Of a DNA stretch of 64,000 nucleotides, positions 58,252 to 64,000 are shown one piece after another. The stretch is taken from assembly GCA_013334825.1 (NCBI GenBank), contig JAAXWR010000003.1, forward strand, positions 101,167-165,166, in the 5' to 3' direction. The stretch comes from Candidatus Yonathbacteria bacterium. GTDB taxonomy: Bacteria; Patescibacteriota; Minisyncoccia; Phycocordibacterales; JACNGX01. The stretch's first letter is position 1; every line of letters starts with the position of its first letter. The notes below the pieces were generated by a model. It had not been told where the DNA came from. It saw only the letters and a list, made by a program, of their open reading frames with translations, and ran no database searches. A program made the position numbers and the translations under genes.

Positions 58252-58892
58252 TGACTTTTGTATTTATGACACTATTTTTTTTGTATTCTATGCGAGCCAT
58301 GCATCATTCAAGAGGGTTAAGTATTGTAGAAACTATTGTTACTGTTGCGGCAGCGACAGTTGTGCTTATTGGGTTGATATCGTTCGTTCTCTCATTGTAT
58401 AGGACAAATATATATGCAGTTGAACAATCTTTTGCTATTAACAGTGCTCGGCGTGGCATCGAACGTATGGTACGTGACATGCGTGAAGCGACGTATTCTG
58501 ATGAAGGAGCTTTTCCTATTATTTTTGCAAGTCCGTATGAATTTTATTTTTACAGTGATGTTGATAGAGATGATAATGTAGAACGTGTTAGATTTTATAT
58601 TGAAAATGGGTTACTGAAACGCGCGCAAACAAAAGCAGTAGGTATACCGCCCACTTATCCAGGAAACGCGGATACAACATCTCTTGTTTCTGATCATGTG
58701 CGCAATGTTGTGAACACCATACCTATGTTTCGATATTATGATACGGCGGGAAATGAAGTAAGTAATCTTTCTCATGTTACTGACATTGCTTTTGTTGTTG
58801 TACATATGATTGTGGATATTAATCCATACCGTCTCCCAAATGATTTTGTATTGCAATCGAGTGCGTCACTACGAAATCTTTCTGAAAATTAA
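58248..58892 (+). CDS. Minor pilin (PilW/PulJ-like)
   Basis: SRG-LSIVE prepilin motif; start probably downstream of 58248. Confidence 0.85.
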   Translation: MMTFVFMTLFFLYSMRAMHHSRGLSIVETIVTVAAATVVLIGLISFVLSLYRTNIYAVEQSFAINSARRGIERMVRDMREATYSDEGAFPIIFASPYEFYFYSDVDRDDNVERVRFYIENGLLKRAQTKAVGIPPTYPGNADTTSLVSDHVRNVVNTIPMFRYYDTAGNEVSNLSHVTDIAFVVVHMIVDINPYRLPNDFVLQSSASLRNLSEN

Positions 58893-58895
58893 AAA

Positions 58896-60362
58896 ATGCT
58901 TTCGTTGCATGTTGGTTTCACGGTATACTTATATATATTATTTATGAAATTTATTTTTTCGTATGCAAAAAGAAACATAGGATATGTCTCAATGTTTGTT
59001 GTTGTGTTTGGAGGTGTATTTTTGACTATAATGTCAGGAATGGTTGGTTTTATTTCTTTACAAAAAAAAGCAACAGAGAGCAAAGAAGCAGGTGAGAGTG
59101 CAATTCAAATTGCTGAAGCAGGGCTTGATTATTATCGGTGGCACTTGGCACATTATCCCAATGATATGCAAGATGGCACAGGAGTTTCTGGCCCGTATAC
59201 ACATGAGTATTATGATCCTGAAGGAGGTCTTATGGGAAGTTACACGCTTGATATATCGGGGAACGTTGCTTGTGGTACGTTGACGTCTGTTGAGGTGCGT
59301 TCAACTGGAAGAACGGTCACCTATCCTCATATTGAAAGAACAACATATGGGAAATATGCACGTCCGTCTGTTGCTGAATATGCATATATTGTAAATGACA
59401 ATGTGTGGGCAGGAGATGATCGTGTGATTCTTGGGCGTTACCATGCAAATGGCGGTATTCGTATGGATGGAACAAATCAATCTCTTGTTACATCGGGTGT
59501 TTCTACATGGTCATGCACAGCTTCATTTGGCTGTAATCCAACACGGACAAAAGCAGGTATTTTTGGTGACGGATCAGGAAGTGCCTTATGGGAATATCCA
59601 GCAGAAACAGTTGATTTTACAGGGTTAGCGCTTAATCTTGGAAATTTGAAAACATCAGTTCAGAATGGAGGAGGATTGTATTTTAGTGTGCAGTCGACAC
59701 AGTGGAATACGCTTGGATACCATTTACTTTTTAATGCAAATGGTACAGTGACAGTGTATCGAGTGACACGAACAGATGATATACAAAGTTATACAACAGA
59801 AGAAGGATGGGAATATTTAGATGAGACAATTGATAGACAAAGTTTAGTAGGGACATACACAATTCCTTCGGGGTGTTCAGTTATCTACGTAGAAGATAAT
59901 GTGTGGATAGAAGGGACTGTACGAGGGAAAGTTACTCTTATTGCTGCTAATACTGTAATATCAAATATTGATGCGAACGTATATCTCATTGATGATATAC
60001 TGTATACGACACCTGATGGTTCAGACGGACTTACGATTGTGGGTGAAAATGATGTACTTATTCCCTATGATGTCCCGTATAACATGGACTTACATGGAGT
60101 ATTTATTGCGCAAAAGGGGAGGTTTGGACGTAATCATTATGACCATGGTTCAAGAGATATACGGGGAATTTTGACGATGCATGGAAGCACTGTATCGTTT
60201 AAGCGTGTGGGGACAAAATGGATGAGTGGAAACACACATATATCTGGTTTTGTTGAGCGCTATGATTCATATGATAGAAAACTTGCAACCGATGCGCCAC
60301 CATTTACTCCCTATGTCGATGACGAATATCGGTTTGTTGAATGGCGTGAAATGGACAAATGA
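58896..60362 (+). CDS. PilX-like pilus assembly protein
   Basis: N-terminal hydrophobic helix then AIQIAEAGLDY; C-terminal YDRKL..PPF..WRE. Confidence 0.8.
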   Translation: MLSLHVGFTVYLYILFMKFIFSYAKRNIGYVSMFVVVFGGVFLTIMSGMVGFISLQKKATESKEAGESAIQIAEAGLDYYRWHLAHYPNDMQDGTGVSGPYTHEYYDPEGGLMGSYTLDISGNVACGTLTSVEVRSTGRTVTYPHIERTTYGKYARPSVAEYAYIVNDNVWAGDDRVILGRYHANGGIRMDGTNQSLVTSGVSTWSCTASFGCNPTRTKAGIFGDGSGSALWEYPAETVDFTGLALNLGNLKTSVQNGGGLYFSVQSTQWNTLGYHLLFNANGTVTVYRVTRTDDIQSYTTEEGWEYLDETIDRQSLVGTYTIPSGCSVIYVEDNVWIEGTVRGKVTLIAANTVISNIDANVYLIDDILYTTPDGSDGLTIVGENDVLIPYDVPYNMDLHGVFIAQKGRFGRNHYDHGSRDIRGILTMHGSTVSFKRVGTKWMSGNTHISGFVERYDSYDRKLATDAPPFTPYVDDEYRFVEWREMDK

Positions 60363-60413
60363 CACCTCTCTGTGGATGGCGTGATATGAAAAAATGAGTC
60401 ATACTTATGGTGT

Positions 60414-61505
60414 ATGCACATGCGAATACTGAGTATGTTTCGAAATATATATACAATCGTCATTGTGATGACGATTATATTGTGGTCAGGAGGAGTTTTT
60501 GCAAAAGAAACGGGGAGTATTCCTCTTAAGTCTGACACTCCATCTTCATCCTCTTCATCATACGAACTTCTTGAGCCTTCGCTTATTGGTGGAACAGAAA
60601 CGACTAACGCTTCAAACTATTTTGAAACAATATATGTATATGCTATTGGTGCCGCAGGTGTCCTCGCTGTTCTCATGTTTGCAATCGGTGGCATTCAGTA
60701 TATGTTCGGTGGCGCAAACCCCGCATCAAAGTCAAAAGGTGTCGCGCATATGTCCAATGCCGTATGGGGTATTATTCTTGCTCTCTCCGCGTATCTTATT
60801 TTGAATACTATCAATCCTGATTTGGTAGATTTACAAGTGACACTTCCTGAGGCGAGTATTGATGCGGAATATGCTCCTCCGCCTGCTGGAGATGTAGGAG
60901 AAAGTACTTCTGATATTCCTTCTACTGTTCCCACCGCCCTTCCTTCAGGGTGTAAAAATTATGTTGCCACGTTCAAGTCAATTGCGTCATCGACGGGCGT
61001 AAGCGGGTGTTTGCTATATGGTATTGCTTCTCAAGAATCTGGATGCAATCCAAATGCACAGAGTTCTTCAGGAGCGTGTGGTATGATGCAATTTTTACCA
61101 AAAACAGCAGGACAGAGTTGTGATTGGCTCAAAACACATCCAGAAGGAAGTATTTCACTTGCGGCACAGTATCTTTCGAGAAGTCGAAATGCTCTTGCGC
61201 GATATACAATGTTTAATATTGGAAGTAGATATACACAATCGAATACATCTGTTACTGTCGGTTCATATATTTACGATGCGGGAAACGACGATCTTATTGC
61301 TTCGTATAATGCAGGATATGGTACCAAATCAAGTAATGGAGGAAAGGGACCGTTTGCAGTTTCTGATTCATGTGCGTCCCGTAATGGAACGATTCCCGTG
61401 TGGCAATGTGATATAAACACTGCAGGATATGCACAAACACGCAATTATGTTCGTCGCGTTCAAACATATCAAGATCAGTGTGAATCATCAGGGGTACTGA
61501 AATAA
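60414..61505 (+). CDS. VirB2/TrbC-like pilin domain fused to SLT lytic transglycosylase
   Basis: GGIQYM..AVWGIILALSAYLILNTINPDL; IASQES, GACGMMQF, ASYNAG, TRNYV. Confidence 0.85.
   Translation: MHMRILSMFRNIYTIVIVMTIILWSGGVFAKETGSIPLKSDTPSSSSSSYELLEPSLIGGTETTNASNYFETIYVYAIGAAGVLAVLMFAIGGIQYMFGGANPASKSKGVAHMSNAVWGIILALSAYLILNTINPDLVDLQVTLPEASIDAEYAPPPAGDVGESTSDIPSTVPTALPSGCKNYVATFKSIASSTGVSGCLLYGIASQESGCNPNAQSSSGACGMMQFLPKTAGQSCDWLKTHPEGSISLAAQYLSRSRNALARYTMFNIGSRYTQSNTSVTVGSYIYDAGNDDLIASYNAGYGTKSSNGGKGPFAVSDSCASRNGTIPVWQCDINTAGYAQTRNYVRRVQTYQDQCESSGVLK
60528..60869 (+). repeat. 342-bp direct repeat (copy 2 at 61890-62231)
   Basis: Identical by eye except one synonymous TAC/TAT change. Confidence 0.93.
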
Positions 61506-61553
61506 GATATGATTTGTATTTAGATATTTTATTATTTAATTATAGTTACTTTT

Positions 61554-62750
61554 ATGTTGCGAACCCATCTTTCTGTTTTTTTCTCCGGGCTGATTGCATG
61601 TTTGTTTTTTTTACCCGGTATTCTTTCTGCCGCAATTGTTTGGGAATTATATGACGTGTCTTCGAAGGCAACACTTGGAACGTATGATTCGTATACACAA
61701 TGTGATATTGCGCGTTCTTCTCGAAATATGGCTGGAGGAAATACCTCTTGTCGTTCTGTCAATACGCCAATTACTCCTGGTGAATCGTCATTATCGAATA
61801 TGCAAACAGAATTAGAAGACGCATTAGGTGAAAGCGCGAGAGTCAATTTGATATCTGAGCAACAGAAGACAAGTGGAGATACCGATCTCAAGTCTGACAC
61901 TCCATCTTCATCCTCTTCATCATATGAACTTCTTGAGCCTTCGCTTATTGGTGGAACAGAAACGACTAACGCTTCAAACTATTTTGAAACAATATATGTA
62001 TATGCTATTGGTGCCGCAGGTGTCCTCGCTGTTCTCATGTTTGCAATCGGTGGCATTCAGTATATGTTCGGTGGCGCAAACCCCGCATCAAAGTCAAAAG
62101 GTGTCGCGCATATGTCCAATGCCGTATGGGGTATTATTCTTGCTCTCTCCGCGTATCTTATTTTGAATACTATCAATCCTGATTTGGTAGATTTACAAGT
62201 GACACTTCCTGAGGCGAGTATTGATGCGGAAGAAGGAGAAGATTATGACGCAGAAGCGCCTACGGAAGCGGCTGGGTATTCTCCCACAGAAACAAACTCT
62301 TCAGGAGGTGGGTCATGTGGAGGTATGGTTGTTACTTCTGCAGTTCAGACGCAGTGTTCTTTGGCATCATCCGCGCTTTCAAGCATGCTTTCATGTATGC
62401 ATGCACGAGGTGTGACAGCGACTGTTACATCACTTACGTCAAGTAGAGTAGGGTCTGATCTTAGTGCATCACGTGCATGCTGTGGAAATGCAAGTTGTGT
62501 GCATGCGACGAACAGTTGTCATTACGGATGTGAGTACGGCTCATTTGCAGGAGAGCCAGGGTATTCTCATGCGGTGGATATTGCTATCAATGGTATGTCA
62601 CAAACAGAGTGGTGTGCTATCGCGAGTGCGGCGAAAAGTTGTGGGTCAGGAACAATATGGGGACCTGCGGATGCGTGTTCTGGTGCGGTCAAATATTGGG
62701 AAGGACATGGGACGCATTTACATGTAAGTACACGAAGTTGTAATCACTAG
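61554..62750 (+). CDS. VirB2/TrbC-like pilin domain fused to Cys-rich M15/LAS-like metallopeptidase domain
   Basis: Same pilin module; SCHYG..HAVDI..HGTHLHVS. Confidence 0.7.
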   Translation: MLRTHLSVFFSGLIACLFFLPGILSAAIVWELYDVSSKATLGTYDSYTQCDIARSSRNMAGGNTSCRSVNTPITPGESSLSNMQTELEDALGESARVNLISEQQKTSGDTDLKSDTPSSSSSSYELLEPSLIGGTETTNASNYFETIYVYAIGAAGVLAVLMFAIGGIQYMFGGANPASKSKGVAHMSNAVWGIILALSAYLILNTINPDLVDLQVTLPEASIDAEEGEDYDAEAPTEAAGYSPTETNSSGGGSCGGMVVTSAVQTQCSLASSALSSMLSCMHARGVTATVTSLTSSRVGSDLSASRACCGNASCVHATNSCHYGCEYGSFAGEPGYSHAVDIAINGMSQTEWCAIASAAKSCGSGTIWGPADACSGAVKYWEGHGTHLHVSTRSCNH

Positions 62751-62848
62751 ATTTTTTACACAGCACCAAGCACTCACCGTAGGTGGGTGCTTTTGTATTG
62801 AGAAAGAAATTTTTGCGCAGAGAAGTCTTGGAGTGGTATACTACAGAC

Positions 62849-63643
62849 ATGCAGACACCCACTTCTCCACAAGTAAAACGTCTTGTCGTCGCGAATTGGA
62901 AAATGAATCCAGAGACAAAAAAAGAAGCAGAAATGCTCGCGCGCATGTCTGTTAAGATTGGTACAGGATTGAAACGTTCAGAATTGGTGATATGTCCGCC
63001 GTTTCCTTTTCTTGGGCTCTCCGCGTATATGCGTATGCCAAAAAGTATTTCACTTGGTGTGCAAGATGTATACCCTGAGCGCGCGGGTGCGCGCACGGGA
63101 GAAGTATCACTTTCCATGGTCAAAGACATGAAAGCACGGTACGTTATTGTGGGACATTCGGAGCGTCGCGCGGGAGGAGAGACTGATGCATTGGTATCCA
63201 AGAAAGCGCGCGCGGTTATTGCTGCTGGTATGCGTCCGATTGTATGTGTTGGCGAAACATCACGCGATGGCGATGCGAAGTATTTACGCATACTTCGTGA
63301 ACAGCTTCTTGAATCTCTTGCGGGCATTTCAAAAAACAATGCAAGTACGCTTATCGTTGCATATGAACCAGTATGGGCAGTGGGAGCATCTGTCGCCGAT
63401 GACCCGCATGAAACAGCGGAAACGATACTTTTTATACGAAAGACGCTTGCCGATATGTTTTCTGAGCGTATTGCGCTTACCATTCCTATTCTCTATGGAG
63501 GAGCGGTATCTGATAAAAACGCCGCGGCATTTCTCGCCCATGCTGGTGTACAAGGGCTTCTCCTTGGTCGTTCAGGACGTGACAGCAAACAGCTCGCAGG
63601 TATTATAAAAGCTTCTGAACTCACACCGTTTCCTCAGATATGA
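62849..63643 (+). CDS. tpiA: Triosephosphate isomerase
   Basis: VANWKMN, IVGHSERR, AYEPVWAVG, LYGG. Confidence 0.96.
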   Translation: MQTPTSPQVKRLVVANWKMNPETKKEAEMLARMSVKIGTGLKRSELVICPPFPFLGLSAYMRMPKSISLGVQDVYPERAGARTGEVSLSMVKDMKARYVIVGHSERRAGGETDALVSKKARAVIAAGMRPIVCVGETSRDGDAKYLRILREQLLESLAGISKNNASTLIVAYEPVWAVGASVADDPHETAETILFIRKTLADMFSERIALTIPILYGGAVSDKNAAAFLAHAGVQGLLLGRSGRDSKQLAGIIKASELTPFPQI

Positions 63644-63651
63644 CACATACC

Positions 63652-64000
63652 ATGTCTACACTTCCTTCCATCGCACGAGTGAAACAATTAAAAGGCAAAC
63701 GTGTACTTGTGCGTGCCGAGCTCAACGTCCCCCTCACACATGGGAAGGTGTCCGATCCGTATCGTATTATCCAGACTATACCGACCATAACATTTTTGAA
63801 ACGCGCTGGCGCAAAGGTCATTGTTATCGCGCATATTGGACGTGACCCACAAGGGACACTTAAACCAGTTGCGCGGTATATGAATAGAAAGACAGCGATT
63901 GGGTTTGTGCCAGAACTCTTTGGTCCTCGCGTGGACAAGATTATTGCTGATATGAAAAATGGATCGGCGGTATTACTGGAGAACCTTCGGGGTACACAAG
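63652..64000 (+). CDS. pgk: Phosphoglycerate kinase (5' part, runs off the window)
   Basis: LKGKRVLVRAELNVP..RII..PTI..AHIGR..LLENLR. Confidence 0.92.
   Translation, partial: MSTLPSIARVKQLKGKRVLVRAELNVPLTHGKVSDPYRIIQTIPTITFLKRAGAKVIVIAHIGRDPQGTLKPVARYMNRKTAIGFVPELFGPRVDKIIADMKNGSAVLLENLRGTQ

Noticed and set aside
60528-62231. DGR template/variable repeat pair
   Set aside because: The only difference noticed is C/T, not adenine-specific; both copies are coding; no reverse transcriptase in the window
62849-63643. TpiA pseudogene because of the LLGRSG variant of the LVGGAS loop
   Set aside because: Catalytic K, H and E motifs are intact and the ORF is full length, next to pgk
1-64000. Alternative genetic code (TGA=Gly as in Gracilibacteria/SR1)
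   Set aside because: Conserved genes such as xerC, comM and tpiA end at TGA at expected lengths, and ORFs are not fragmented

Overview
This 64-kb window looks like chromosomal DNA from a Patescibacteria/CPR (probably Parcubacteria) genome in standard code 11. The taxonomy is an inference from gene content and style. Housekeeping genes (comM/yifB, pnp, rpsO, xerC/D, xth, cca, hup, rny, clpP, tig, ppa, nusA, tpiA, partial pgk) are interleaved with many single-gene ORFans, five tRNA genes, three TrmB/HTH-type regulators and a type IV pilus cluster. Signals not explained by the ORF track: (1) a type III hammerhead ribozyme (U4C variant) at the head of a ~680-nt hairpin-dense noncoding tract inside an ORFan operon; (2) arrays downstream of four tRNA genes, where shared hairpin cassettes alternate with inverted and direct copies of each tRNA's own 3' end; (3) two adjacent genes sharing a 342-bp near-identical VirB2/TrbC-like pilin module fused to different cell-wall hydrolase domains; (4) a cluster of about 7 parS-like palindromes, most written into the yraN coding sequence; (5) an unannotated 29-aa bS22/mS38-like ORF; (6) a beta-barrel-like secreted protein in a lineage thought to lack an outer membrane. 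All structure and family calls were made by eye and need computational confirmation.
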